A DNA stretch of 64,000 bases, taken from contig CBDFJG010000003.1 of the NCBI GenBank assembly GCA_965248445.1, positions 832,001 through 896,000 on the forward strand. The letters run 5' to 3'. Position 1 is the first letter of the stretch; every line of letters starts with the position of its first letter. The notes under the pieces were generated by a model, which had not been told where the DNA came from, did no database searches, and saw only the letters and a program-made list of their open reading frames with translations. Positions 10,422-20,584 of this stretch are shown piece by piece. Both the position numbers and the translations under genes were made by a program. This DNA is from Planctomycetota bacterium (GTDB taxonomy: Bacteria; Planctomycetota; JAJSAM01; JAJVHW01).

Positions 10422-10544
10422 CTCGCCCCGATCCTAACAGGAACCGCTCGAGGGTCCGGGAGCGGCGCCTGACTACGGAGCCGTAGCGGTCATGCCGCAG
10501 TACTGCGCCGTCGGCGTGACCGATTGCCTCCCTCGATCGAGAGT

Positions 10545-10811
10545 CTACGCGTCCGTGCGGCGGCCCTTGCGGAACAGGCCCGCCACGAGGAACACGACTG
10601 CGGTGACGGCGGCGATCATCCCGTACTCCGTCAAGAGCGCCGCTACGTCATGATTCGCGACCGCGTAGGTGCGCGTGAATGGAAGCCCGCGATCCAGGAA
10701 CTCGGCGTAGCGGCAGACGTCATTCGTGTACTGGGCGACCGGCGGCACCATCGACGTGTGGAGGACGCCAACCGCGCCCGCGATGAGCACAACACGCTGC
10801 GGCTTGGTCAT
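10545..10811 (-). CDS. Small two-TM hypothetical membrane protein
   Basis: ATG at 10811 with GGGGAGG upstream; 88 aa with two hydrophobic stretches; follows the SGNH gene. Confidence 0.55.
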   Translation of the reverse strand: MTKPQRVVLIAGAVGVLHTSMVPPVAQYTNDVCRYAEFLDRGLPFTRTYAVANHDVAALLTEYGMIAAVTAVVFLVAGLFRKGRRTDA

Positions 10812-10830
10812 GTGCGACCCCTCCCCCATC

Positions 10831-11991
10831 TCACTCACCTTCCAGGAACCAGGAGACATCCGTTCGCAGCCACGCCGCGACGCGCTCAGCCGCGATCCCG
10901 TGCGCGCGTCCGTTGGGGTGGTGATCCACCTCGTGCACGCGCAGTTCCCGCCAGTCGATTCCCTTGAACGCATCCGCCAGGTCCAGCACCGGCAGCCCGG
11001 CCTCTCGCGCCAGGCGCGACCACGTGTCGTGTGAACTCTGCAACGGATACACGCCGCCGGCTCGGGGCATCATCAGCGGGAAGAGCACGATCGCCACGTC
11101 GTCCGTGCCGCTCTCCGCGAGCTCTTCGAACGCCGACCGCGCGGCGGCGATCCCCTCGGGATTGACTCCCGGATCGTGCGCGTCCCGGTACGCCGCGAGC
11201 GTCTCGTCGGTGACCCGGCGCATCCGCCGCGCCGACACCGCCGCAGACGCCAGCGCCGAGGCGCGCGCCCACCAGGGGCGTGCGTCCTTTCCGTGGACGT
11301 ACTCGGGGACGACCACGATCAGGTCGTACACCTTGTCCATGCGCGCCTCGAGCGAGGGGCCGAGCGGCATGTCGTTCACGATCACCACCACCAGCGTCTT
11401 CGACGAATGGAACCGGTCGCGGATGAGGTCCGCGTTCTCGACGTGTCCGTCGATGTTCGCTCCCGGGCGGCCGCAGTTGACGACCTCGTGACCGTCGCCG
11501 AGGAGAGCCTGCAGATGGGCGCTGAGCGTGCCGCCCCGCTGCACCCCGTTCCCGAACACGAACGAGTCCCCCACGACGGCGATGCGCTGCACACCGGCGG
11601 CCGGATAGGCCGAGGGCGCCTCTCCGCGGAGACCCTCCATCGGCACGGCGTAGTCCACGCACCAGGGCGTCTCGTCGAGTCTGTCGAGCGGGATCTCCTC
11701 GGGTTTGTCGAGCCAGCGGAACAGCCGGTGCTGCCCGGCGACGACCGGCGGAACCGGGCCGAACGCGCCGTCCGGATTGGTCGGGAAGCACTGATAGCGG
11801 ACCGTGGGATCCGTCGTATCCAGGAGCATCCGTGAGCCAATCGCCGGAGCGCCGAGACCCCGCCCCACGCGGAACACGACCTCCGCGACGAGGAGCGCCG
11901 CGATCAGCCCCCCCAGGACGGCGGCCACGCGGAACCCGCGCCTCGGTTTCGGCGTGTCCGCGTCGTCCGTCCGGCCGGGGTCGCTGCTCAC
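10831..11991 (-). CDS. Membrane-anchored SGNH/GDSL hydrolase family protein
   Basis: RIAVVGDSFVFG (block I), VVNCGRPG (block II), IVND (block III), DHHPNGRAH (block V); N-terminal TM; start taken as GTG 11991. Confidence 0.85.
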   Translation of the reverse strand: MSSDPGRTDDADTPKPRRGFRVAAVLGGLIAALLVAEVVFRVGRGLGAPAIGSRMLLDTTDPTVRYQCFPTNPDGAFGPVPPVVAGQHRLFRWLDKPEEIPLDRLDETPWCVDYAVPMEGLRGEAPSAYPAAGVQRIAVVGDSFVFGNGVQRGGTLSAHLQALLGDGHEVVNCGRPGANIDGHVENADLIRDRFHSSKTLVVVIVNDMPLGPSLEARMDKVYDLIVVVPEYVHGKDARPWWARASALASAAVSARRMRRVTDETLAAYRDAHDPGVNPEGIAAARSAFEELAESGTDDVAIVLFPLMMPRAGGVYPLQSSHDTWSRLAREAGLPVLDLADAFKGIDWRELRVHEVDHHPNGRAHGIAAERVAAWLRTDVSWFLEGE

Positions 11992-12007
11992 GACGGCACA
12001 GGGTAGG

Positions 12008-15000
12008 TCAGCGCCGCGGCACGTCGAGCTGGAAGGACGCGAACTTCGGGTCGGGACCCCACGTCGCAATCCCGATGCGCGTCTGGCCCGCGATGGGCCG
12101 CACGGGGACGCGATCCAGCACGAGCGCCGTGCCGAGCCACACCGTCAAGCGGCGGTCGTGGTAGGTCAGCACCAGCTTCCGCGTCTCGGCCTCCGCGAGG
12201 TCCACCGGCGGGCACTGGTGGAACAGGCGCTGGTAGCGCTCGAGTTCGGCGCGCAGCACCTTCTTGCCGCCGGAGTGCAGGATCAGGTTCCAGCCGGAGA
12301 GGCCGTCGGTGCCGCCGTCGCCCTGGAACGTCACGAGCATCTTGGGCGCCTTGTCGATCGGCAGGACGAGGTCCATCGTCAGCCGGAACTCGTCGACGTC
12401 CTTGGTGAACTTGTCCTTGAGCCACATCAGGTTCGAGGGGTTGTCCTTCGTCACGCCCGGACGGACCGTGTACTTGCGCCACGCGACCCTCTTGTCCGTG
12501 GCGGCGCCGGAGAGCAGCTTGTTCATCACGACGAAGCGGCCGGCCGCGACGTCGAGCTTCGAGGTGAACGACTTCTGCCGAAAGTCGTGCTTCGTGACCG
12601 GTTTCCACCGCTTCGGCGGATCCGGATGGAGCGGCACGGCCGGCGCCGCGTCGTCACTTGCGAGGGCGGGCAGCGGGCTGCCGTCCGGCTTGCACACCGC
12701 GACGCTGAATCCCGCGACACCGCCACCGTTCCTGACCCTGACGAGGATGCGGTTACGCCCTGCACGCAGCGTCCACGGCAGCCGCAGTCCGTCGGCGACC
12801 ATCTTGTGCGGTCCCCGCCACCCGGCGCCGCGGCTCGAGTTGGTCCCCGGCCAGCGCAAGCCCTCGACCAGGTCGCCGTTCACGTAGAGCGTGACGTCGT
12901 CGTCCCCGCGCACGTGGAACGCAACGGGTGTCTCTTCTGGCACCGTCACGTGCGTCAGACCGTAGCTCGCCGTGTGATCCATGTACGCGTACTTGACGTC
13001 GACCCACCCGGTCGAGCGGACGGACACTGGACCCGGGTCGGTCACCTTGCGCCACTTGCAGATGTTGCCCTTGCCGGGGTACTCCGCCGCGAAGTCGATC
13101 TCGTCCTGCGGCGGGAAGATGCACGCGCCTGGATCGGTACCCTTCGTCGCGAACGGCCCGATCACGCGCCAATCGAAAAGGACGCCGAGCTCATCGCGGG
13201 CGATCGTGCGCGCCGCCTCGTGCTCCTCGCGCTCCGCTGCCTCGATCACCCGCCGCATGACAAGGTCGCGCTTCAGCGGCGAGTTCTCGAAGCCCTGCAC
13301 GTCCTCCTCGGCCCACCTCACTGCCCGGTCACCGTCCGCGAACGCACTCATCTCGAGCCGGACAGCCTCCCGGTCGCTCTCGACCAGGGGCAGGCGGAAC
13401 CTCACCAGGTCGTCGAAGGCGGCCTCGCCGAAGTGCCGCATCAGGTAGAAGGCCACCGCCCGCGCCACGTACGTCGTGCGGCCGTCGCGAACCGGAGCGT
13501 CCCGGTAGTCGCGGAAGAACCCGCGCAGCGGCTTCCAGTCGTGCCCGCTCTTCCGCTTTGCGTAGGTCCGGACGAAGTGCAGGAAGAAGCCGGCGCTCGG
13601 GCCGTAGTTCGGGATGCGCCAATACGCCAGATCTCGCGCGACGTAGTCCTTCTCGAAGTCGGACAGGTTCTTGTCGAAGCCGTGCAGGCTGTCCGAGGTC
13701 TGCCCAAGCGCCTCGAACGCGAAGACGGCCCCGACGTTGGCGAGTCCCTCGCGCCATCCGCCGAGAACCGGTTTGGTGTCGTCGATGCAGTGCGTCAGTT
13801 CGTGGTAGAGCAGGCCGGTGTCGAGACGGGAGCCGCGCCGCTCGGGATCCGCGTTCCCGATGTTGATCTGCTTCCCGCCGCCGGTCCCGCCGCTGAACTC
13901 CCACAGCTCCTTGAAGTACACGGTCACGCGGTCTCCGGCCGGGTTCGGGACGCGTCCGAACAGGTCGGTCAGGAACACGTACGCGACGTCGAAGCGGCGC
14001 TTCGAGACGGCGGAGATGCTCTCGATCAGCGCGCGCGGCCCGATCAGAATGAACTCCTGCATGGGCAGCGTCGCCGTGCGGCCCCACGCCGGGTTGTCGA
14101 CGACACCGCTCACGAGCGCCGCCTGATCCGGCGGCACGTCGGCGACCCACGTCTTGTCCAGGGTGGTCAGCAACTCCTCGGACTCGTCCCGCAGGTCCTT
14201 CTTCTCGCAGAAGCGGAGTTCCTGGAGCGCGCGGCGGGCGGGGGCGTAGCGCTTCTTCGTCAACCAGCCGCGCGCCGTGTCGAGGAGCTTCCGCGACTGG
14301 CCGCGCTTCTCGACGGCCGCATCCGCCTCGCTGATCTCCTCCTCGGTGATCTGCAACAGAAGCGTCTCACGGACGTCCCACTTGTCCTTCTCGGCTCGCG
14401 CCGCCGCGTTCACAGCGCCGAGCACGGCCTTGTCGGCCTCCTCCTGCAACGAGCCGCCGATCGCGTCGATGATCGCGAGCGACGCGTGGTACTGCTTGCG
14501 GTCGAAGAACCGGCCGGACATCTGGCGCATGTAGCGGCGCTTCTCGTCGGCGATGCGTGCGTCCACGATGCGTTGCTCGACCACCGAGACCGGTGGCGGC
14601 GCGAAGTCCCCCAGCGCAAGCATCGCGTCGCGGAAGAGGTACTTCTCCCCGTCCTCGACCGCGCGGCGGACACCCGCAGTGAGCGCGCGCCAGGCCATGC
14701 CCTTCTGCCCCGCCGTGGCAAGTCGCGATGCGGCGTCCAGAACCTCTTGCGCGCCTCCCTTCGACACAGCGTCGAGCGGAGGCAGGTCGATCAGCGCGAC
14801 TGCCGCGAACCCCGACCTGTCCGGGAAGCCGTTCTGCGGCGGCTGCACCTTGCGCGTCTCCGGGTCCTGGAACCCGAGGTGCACCGTCAACTGTCGCGGC
14901 GGCTCGATCGCATCGCCGAGCGGCAGCGGCACCGGCACGGTGTAGGTGACCTTGGTCCCCTTCTTCCATGTGCGGGTCGGCGGCTCCGGTCCGTGGTCGA

Positions 15001-15238
15001 GAGTCAGCAGCCGCTTGCCGCGATGCCGCGCCCGCAGCGCGACTGTGTACGCCGCCGCGACGTCCTCGAGGGGCGTGAACTCGAGAGTCAGCGTCGCCTG
15101 CGCCGTCGTCGCCGCGTCGCCGTCGTCCACCAGCACCCGCACGTCGATGGGCGCGGCCTCGTCCTGCGCCGAGGCGGCCAGGGGGCAACCGGCCGCAGCG
15201 ACCAAGAAGAGCGCGAGTCCGAGTCTGCAGCGGAACAC
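12008..15238 (-). CDS. Large secreted multidomain protein with gluzincin-like metallopeptidase motif, PA14-like and ConA-like domains
   Basis: Signal peptide; LLYHELTH followed by WREGLAN; WRVIGPF...GDDDVTLYVNG...LRAGRNRILVRV; start approximated at GTG 15238. Confidence 0.7.
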   Translation of the reverse strand: MFRCRLGLALFLVAAAGCPLAASAQDEAAPIDVRVLVDDGDAATTAQATLTLEFTPLEDVAAAYTVALRARHRGKRLLTLDHGPEPPTRTWKKGTKVTYTVPVPLPLGDAIEPPRQLTVHLGFQDPETRKVQPPQNGFPDRSGFAAVALIDLPPLDAVSKGGAQEVLDAASRLATAGQKGMAWRALTAGVRRAVEDGEKYLFRDAMLALGDFAPPPVSVVEQRIVDARIADEKRRYMRQMSGRFFDRKQYHASLAIIDAIGGSLQEEADKAVLGAVNAAARAEKDKWDVRETLLLQITEEEISEADAAVEKRGQSRKLLDTARGWLTKKRYAPARRALQELRFCEKKDLRDESEELLTTLDKTWVADVPPDQAALVSGVVDNPAWGRTATLPMQEFILIGPRALIESISAVSKRRFDVAYVFLTDLFGRVPNPAGDRVTVYFKELWEFSGGTGGGKQINIGNADPERRGSRLDTGLLYHELTHCIDDTKPVLGGWREGLANVGAVFAFEALGQTSDSLHGFDKNLSDFEKDYVARDLAYWRIPNYGPSAGFFLHFVRTYAKRKSGHDWKPLRGFFRDYRDAPVRDGRTTYVARAVAFYLMRHFGEAAFDDLVRFRLPLVESDREAVRLEMSAFADGDRAVRWAEEDVQGFENSPLKRDLVMRRVIEAAEREEHEAARTIARDELGVLFDWRVIGPFATKGTDPGACIFPPQDEIDFAAEYPGKGNICKWRKVTDPGPVSVRSTGWVDVKYAYMDHTASYGLTHVTVPEETPVAFHVRGDDDVTLYVNGDLVEGLRWPGTNSSRGAGWRGPHKMVADGLRLPWTLRAGRNRILVRVRNGGGVAGFSVAVCKPDGSPLPALASDDAAPAVPLHPDPPKRWKPVTKHDFRQKSFTSKLDVAAGRFVVMNKLLSGAATDKRVAWRKYTVRPGVTKDNPSNLMWLKDKFTKDVDEFRLTMDLVLPIDKAPKMLVTFQGDGGTDGLSGWNLILHSGGKKVLRAELERYQRLFHQCPPVDLAEAETRKLVLTYHDRRLTVWLGTALVLDRVPVRPIAGQTRIGIATWGPDPKFASFQLDVPRR

Positions 15239-15367
15239 AGCCGGACGGTAACACCCGGGCGCGTCCCGAAGCGACCGTGCGCCGGGACGCACCCGACCCT
15301 TCAAATTGAGGACGGTTCCCGCTATCTATGAGGCGGGGCTGCTGGTCGCACCTGGCGAGGAGGGAGC

Positions 15368-17242
15368 ATGCGGGGAACGACGAAGTTCGCGGCACTGGCC
15401 GCACTGATTCTGGTTGCGACGTCTGCGCCGACGGGCACGGCGGCGACGACACAAACGTACGAGGACGGCGACTTCGCCCCGGCCGACTGGGATTCCGTGC
15501 CCGTCGGCCCAGCGGGGGGCGCCACGTCCCTGGCGCGCCAGCCGAACGGCGGGGTTCCCGGAGCGTACGCGGAAGTGACGACGACAGCCGCTGCCGGTGC
15601 AGCCGCGCTGTGGGGCTTTCACATCAACACCACCGCCGTGTACGACACCAGCACACTCGGCGGGATCGACACGGTGAACTACTCCGAGAGTTCGCGTTCC
15701 TCAGGCGGAGTCATTCAGGGAATCCACCCGGCGTTGCGTCAGGCCGGGAAGCTCTACGCCCACATCACCGCCCTGATCACGACGGCCAATCCAGCGGCCT
15801 GGGAGCGGAACGACGTGTTCGGCATGAGCGAGGCCAGCTTCCGAACGCAGGCATCGAGCTCGGACCACCCCGATTTTTCCCCCACCGGCGGCCCGATCGA
15901 ATTCGGGTTCATGCGGGCGGTGTCCGCAGAACTCGATCGCAAGGGCCACATCGACAACTGGAAGGTCACCGTCAACCCGCCGCCCGGCGTCAATCTCCCC
16001 CCCGAGATCCGCGCCGAGTCACACACGACGATTCAGTTCTCGGCGGCAGGCGGTGGCGGCACGGATGTCACAGATCAGGTCGTGAGCCATGCGCCGGCCG
16101 ACGTGACGGATCTGTCCGAAGCCTCCGGCTCGGCGGGCGACAACTCCAACGTCGTGAACGGCGGATCCCAGGCGCGCGCCGGGCTTGCAGGCGGACTGGG
16201 CGCGCGCAGCGGGGCATCCACCGGCATCGGCGCCGGGTTCGTCGAGTCGATTCGATCGACGTCCCTCGCGAGCCACCGCCGCGTGTTCTACGCCGAGTGG
16301 AACGGCAGCGGTCCGCCTCCCACCAACTTGCAACTGAGCCTCACCGTCGGTGCGCACGGCACACTGGGACTTCGCGACCTGGGGTTCGACAATCCCTCGC
16401 CTCCTGCGGCGGACGACGTCTTCGCGAAGGGACGGGCGCGCGTCAGGCTCATCACCACCTCGAACGGCACGAGCACCCCGTTCGACGAGAGTGTCACGCT
16501 GTTGTTCGGCTCGACCAGCGCCACGCCCCTCTGGACCGCCCATGTGTCGCCGGGGGCCGACGCCCAAGGTCGTCCGATCACGACCCTCTCGTACAACAAC
16601 ACCTTCCCCGGACTCCTCTCCGTGCCCCACTCCGAGGAGTTCGCGATCGAGTACCTGCTCGAGACCGAGGCGTTCGTCGCCGCGCGTGCGCCACAGTGGG
16701 GAGCGTTCGCTGATTTTTCCGACACGCTGACGCTTGTCGTCGCCACGGACACCGCCGACATGGAACTCGTGGAGGTGTTCCCCGACCTGGACCCGACCGA
16801 GCCCACCGCCGTGACGGGCAAGCGATTGACGAAGCTCGCCAAGTTCTTCAAGGAGAAGAAGAAGGACGAGACGGCGGAGCTGCTGCTCGGCGACGGCACG
16901 TGGGCGCTCCTGGTCGACCGCAGGCGGCGACTGGCCGGCACATTCACGGTGAAGGACAAGCGCGGCAACAAGCTCTTGCTGACGCTCGACGACGCGTCGC
17001 TGGAGACGCTGCTGGGCGGCCTTGGGTTCATCACCCCGGGAGAATCCGAGAACCTCGGATTCCTCGCGGTCGCGCTGAAAGCCGGCAAGGTGCCGAAACT
17101 GCTCGTCGCGAAGAACCGCAAGGGCACGAAGGTCAAGGTCAAGGTGAAGATCAAGCTCGCCGTCACGAGCGAGGACGTCACCAAGAACGGGGTGTACTCG
17201 CTGTCGTTGAAGGGCGCGCTCCCAGCACTACCGGCGGAGTGA
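15368..17242 (+). CDS. Secreted/surface protein with a Lys-rich C-terminal domain
   Basis: GGAGAGGGAG RBS, signal peptide, acidic Ser/Thr/Gly-rich body, basic last ~140 aa. Confidence 0.75.
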   Translation: MRGTTKFAALAALILVATSAPTGTAATTQTYEDGDFAPADWDSVPVGPAGGATSLARQPNGGVPGAYAEVTTTAAAGAAALWGFHINTTAVYDTSTLGGIDTVNYSESSRSSGGVIQGIHPALRQAGKLYAHITALITTANPAAWERNDVFGMSEASFRTQASSSDHPDFSPTGGPIEFGFMRAVSAELDRKGHIDNWKVTVNPPPGVNLPPEIRAESHTTIQFSAAGGGGTDVTDQVVSHAPADVTDLSEASGSAGDNSNVVNGGSQARAGLAGGLGARSGASTGIGAGFVESIRSTSLASHRRVFYAEWNGSGPPPTNLQLSLTVGAHGTLGLRDLGFDNPSPPAADDVFAKGRARVRLITTSNGTSTPFDESVTLLFGSTSATPLWTAHVSPGADAQGRPITTLSYNNTFPGLLSVPHSEEFAIEYLLETEAFVAARAPQWGAFADFSDTLTLVVATDTADMELVEVFPDLDPTEPTAVTGKRLTKLAKFFKEKKKDETAELLLGDGTWALLVDRRRRLAGTFTVKDKRGNKLLLTLDDASLETLLGGLGFITPGESENLGFLAVALKAGKVPKLLVAKNRKGTKVKVKVKIKLAVTSEDVTKNGVYSLSLKGALPALPAE

Positions 17243-17328
17243 CGGACGGCGCCGCAACGTCAGGCGAGAAGTGCTGTGAGCACGCGGCGCGAACCGCGTG
17301 CTCACAGCTGGGGTCGATCGATGCGCGG

Positions 17329-17757
17329 CTAGTTCGACTGAGGCGCGAGACCGCGCTCGGCGTACAGCTCGCTCTCGGCGCGCCCCCAGTCGGCGCGGGC
17401 GTTGCCCGCACGGCGGCCGCCGTCGATCCAGAGCTGGTGCGCGCGAGCGCGAATCTCGCTCGCGCTGGGAGGCAGAGCGACGGCTTTCTTCGCCGCCTTC
17501 TTGACCGTGGGGGCCTTCTTGATCGTGGCGGCTCTCTTGACCTCGGTGGTGCGGGCGGTCTTGCGCTTCGGCGCCGCCGTCTTCTTCGTCGTGCTCGCCC
17601 TGCGCGCAGCCGGCGACGCCTTCTTGGCGGCCGTCGCCTTCTTCGCGGGAGCTACCTTCTTCGCGGTGACGCGCTTGGCCTTGGGCTTCGCCGCGAGGCC
17701 GCGCTTCGCGGTGCTCTTCGAGTTCTTCTTCGTCGGGTTCTTCTTCTCTGGCGCCAT
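17329..17757 (-). CDS. Histone H1-like Lys/Ala-rich protein with C-terminal DUF2934 domain
   Basis: MAPEKK start with GAGGAGAG RBS; AKK/KKA repeats; C-terminal EIRARAHQLWIDGGRRAGNARADWGRAESEL. Confidence 0.8.
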   Translation of the reverse strand: MAPEKKNPTKKNSKSTAKRGLAAKPKAKRVTAKKVAPAKKATAAKKASPAARRASTTKKTAAPKRKTARTTEVKRAATIKKAPTVKKAAKKAVALPPSASEIRARAHQLWIDGGRRAGNARADWGRAESELYAERGLAPQSN

Positions 17758-17985
17758 TTCACTCTCTCCTCGGTCGCTTCCGGCGACCTTCAGCTTGGTT
17801 ACGACCTCGTGGGATTGCGCACCACCGGAAGTGCGCAGAATTGAATGTCTCGCAGGGTCCCGGGAAGGACTTCCGGGGACGCGCCCGCGACAACCCCGCA
17901 TTGGATCGCACCGCACGGTGGACGCTCAGCAAACCCTGCGCGAAATGGTGGGGAATTCGCGGATTCCTGCCGCCCCCGCACGCCG

Positions 17986-19206
17986 TCAGCCAGCGTGGAG
18001 CTGCAGGTCGCGGACGATGATCTCTGACATCTCGAGGCAGGTCCCGAGGTGCGGGTGGCGGACCACGAGATAGCCGTCGGAGAGCAGGGTCGCACGCCAG
18101 TTCCGGCGGGGTGCCCCGACGGGCAGCAGCTCGAGGGAGCAGATGTGCTCGCCGAAGCGGGCGAGCACGCTCGAGAGCCCCTCGATGCGCTGGATCCGCC
18201 CCTCGCCGTGGGCTCGCTTCACGATCTGGCAGACGTTCCAGCGGCGCTCGACCGGCTGGCTGATGCGGCCGTGGCAGACCGCCTCGGCCCACGCCGTGAA
18301 TCCGTCGAAGTCACATGAGTAGTTCATGATGTCCACGGACCGCGCGCCGGGCGGACGGCAGCCGATCTCGCCGAACACGGCCTCGCCGGAGGGCTTCAGG
18401 AACCACTCCATGTGCGTGAATCCGTCTCGATAGCCGAGCGCTTCGAGCACGCCGAGGCCGAGGTCCAAGCCTGGCCGCAGGGGTCCCGCGCCGGGCTCGC
18501 GCAGCGCGACCATGCGCGGACTCACCCACTCGTGGGAGCGCGCGATCAGTGGCCGAGGCAGGTACCAGGTCATGTTGTGGTACAGCGGGCGGCCGTCGGC
18601 GCAGATCGTGTCGAACGTGTACTCCTCGCCGTCGATGAACTCCTCGACGCTCACCTCGGGCACGTGCTGGGTCATCTTCAGCACACGTTCGAGATCGTCG
18701 GGCCCGTCCACGCGGTGCGTGTCGGCGGATCCGGCGCCGGCGATCGGCTTCACGATCAGCGGGTAGCCGATCTCCTCGGCGCCGGCGCGCACCTCTGCCT
18801 GCGTGACGGCACGGCGGTGGCGCGGCGTCCGGAGTCCCGCCTCGTCCAGCACGCGCTTCATGACTTCCTTGTCTCGGAAGGGAATCGTCTGCTCGTAGCT
18901 CATGCCCGGCAGCCCGAGCGCGTCGCGAAGTCGCGCGGCCAGGAACATGCCCGGCTCCCAGAGGCACTCGACGCGGTCGATGCCGCGGGCGCCAGGCCAG
19001 CTGCGCACGGTGTCGACCATCGACTCCTCGTCCCACAGGTTGCCCACCTGCCGGTAGTCGGCCAGCGAGTCGCGCGCCATCTCGGGCAGCGCACCCGCCG
19101 GTGAATCGCCTACGCCGACGACCTCCGCACCGACCGCGGCGAGCCCGCGGCAGAAGAACGGCATCTCGGAGGGGTAGCCCGGGGAGATGAACAAGACGCG
19201 CATCAC
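17986..19206 (-). CDS. ATP-grasp ligase (L-amino-acid-ligase-like), copy 1
   Basis: FRDKEVMK, IGYPLIVKPIAGAGS, EEFIDGEEY, THMEWF, GEIGCRPPG; start overlaps the upstream stop. Confidence 0.9.
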   Translation of the reverse strand: MMRVLFISPGYPSEMPFFCRGLAAVGAEVVGVGDSPAGALPEMARDSLADYRQVGNLWDEESMVDTVRSWPGARGIDRVECLWEPGMFLAARLRDALGLPGMSYEQTIPFRDKEVMKRVLDEAGLRTPRHRRAVTQAEVRAGAEEIGYPLIVKPIAGAGSADTHRVDGPDDLERVLKMTQHVPEVSVEEFIDGEEYTFDTICADGRPLYHNMTWYLPRPLIARSHEWVSPRMVALREPGAGPLRPGLDLGLGVLEALGYRDGFTHMEWFLKPSGEAVFGEIGCRPPGARSVDIMNYSCDFDGFTAWAEAVCHGRISQPVERRWNVCQIVKRAHGEGRIQRIEGLSSVLARFGEHICSLELLPVGAPRRNWRATLLSDGYLVVRHPHLGTCLEMSEIIVRDLQLHAG

Positions 19207-20432
19207 ACGACCTCCACCTGTATGCGGGACACCAGGCGGCCGAGCGCCTCGTGGACGACCGCGGTCTCGGGGTGGCGCACGATCGCGAAGCCCTCGCCCT
19301 CGTACGCCGTGGTGGTCGGTTGTCCGGGCACCGGCAGCCGGGCTTCCACGACGTCCACGCCGAGGTCAGCCAGGCCTCGCTGCGCGTCCTCTAGGCCGTG
19401 GAGCGCCTTCACCCGGCCGCTGCCCTGCCCCCGGAAGAACGCCGCGCCGGTCGAGTAGCGCCGCTCGGGCGTCTGGAATGACCCGTGCACGACCACCCGG
19501 GCCCATGCGGAGAAGAGGTCGAACTCGTTGGCGTAGGAGTGGAGCGGCACGAGCTGTGCGCCCGGCGGCCGCATGGCGATCTCGGAGATCGCGAGCGACC
19601 CGTCCGGCCGCCGGAACCACTCCATGTGCGTGATCCCGGTGTCCATGCCGAGCGCCGCAAGCGCGCGCGCAGCGGCCGACCGGATGTCGTCGTACCGGGG
19701 ATGCTCGACCTCGCGCGGGACGAGCACGCACCACTGGATCCACGGGTTCTCGACCACTTGCAACGGCGTCGGTAGATAATGGCTGAGACCGTGCCACACG
19801 TGGCGGCCGCCGATCGATAGGGTCTCGAACGAGTACTCGTCGCCCTGCACGAACTCCTCGAGCAGCGCGTCGCGGCCGGGGGCCGGGCGCAACACGCGCA
19901 GCGCATCCGCAAGCTCCGCTTCGTTCTGCGCGCGGAACGTCGCCTTGGCGCCCGCGCCGGCGGGCGGTTTGACGACGAGCGGGAACCCGACCTCGCGCGC
20001 GAACGCGAGCGCCTCCTCCGCCGAGGACGCGCTGCGGTGCCGCGCGCACGGCAGGCCGGCCTGCTCGAAGACGGTCTTCATGCGCGCCTTGTCGCGGAAG
20101 TTCGCCGCCACTTCCGGGGACGCGCCGGGGATGCCGAGAGCGGCCCGCACCTCGGCGATCGCTTCCTGGAGTTGCTCGAGGGTCGCGAGCAGGCGCTGCG
20201 GCGGCCCGCCCATCTTGCGCGCGATCGCACGCACGCCGTCCGCCAGGGTCTGAGCGTCGAACGCGCTCTCCACCTGGTGGTGCGCGACGAGGCGGGACCG
20301 CAGGTCCTCCGGGAGCCTCTCGGCCGGCTGCATCGCCACGACGCCGAGCCGGACTCCAGGTACCGCAGCCACGGCCCTCACGAAGCGCAGCGAGATGCGC
20401 ACCGCGAAAGGCAGGACGAAAACGACGTTCAC
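19203..20432 (-). CDS. ATP-grasp ligase, copy 2
   Basis: FRDKARMK, VGFPLVVKPPAGAGA, EEFVQGDEY, THMEWF, SEIAMRPPG; start taken as GTG 20432. Confidence 0.9.
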   Translation of the reverse strand: MNVVFVLPFAVRISLRFVRAVAAVPGVRLGVVAMQPAERLPEDLRSRLVAHHQVESAFDAQTLADGVRAIARKMGGPPQRLLATLEQLQEAIAEVRAALGIPGASPEVAANFRDKARMKTVFEQAGLPCARHRSASSAEEALAFAREVGFPLVVKPPAGAGAKATFRAQNEAELADALRVLRPAPGRDALLEEFVQGDEYSFETLSIGGRHVWHGLSHYLPTPLQVVENPWIQWCVLVPREVEHPRYDDIRSAAARALAALGMDTGITHMEWFRRPDGSLAISEIAMRPPGAQLVPLHSYANEFDLFSAWARVVVHGSFQTPERRYSTGAAFFRGQGSGRVKALHGLEDAQRGLADLGVDVVEARLPVPGQPTTTAYEGEGFAIVRHPETAVVHEALGRLVSRIQVEVV

Positions 20433-20584
20433 CGAGTCCAAGCGCCCCCTCCAAGCTACCGCTGCGCCATCGGGAAGCACTTTTCCCGGGCGTGCGGGGC
20501 CGAATCCAGCCCAGACTAGCGCCGCCCACGACCCGCGCCACTATCGGCGCGGGCGGAGGCACCGGGAGGCGAGCGCGTAGGACC

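Noticed and set aside
11804..15331. Long opposite-strand ORFs (e.g. 11804-15331 +, 5474-8467 +, 43037-45514 -, 34353-36398 -)
   Set aside because: They are antisense shadows of well-supported genes, expected in high-GC DNA, and carry no recognisable motifs.
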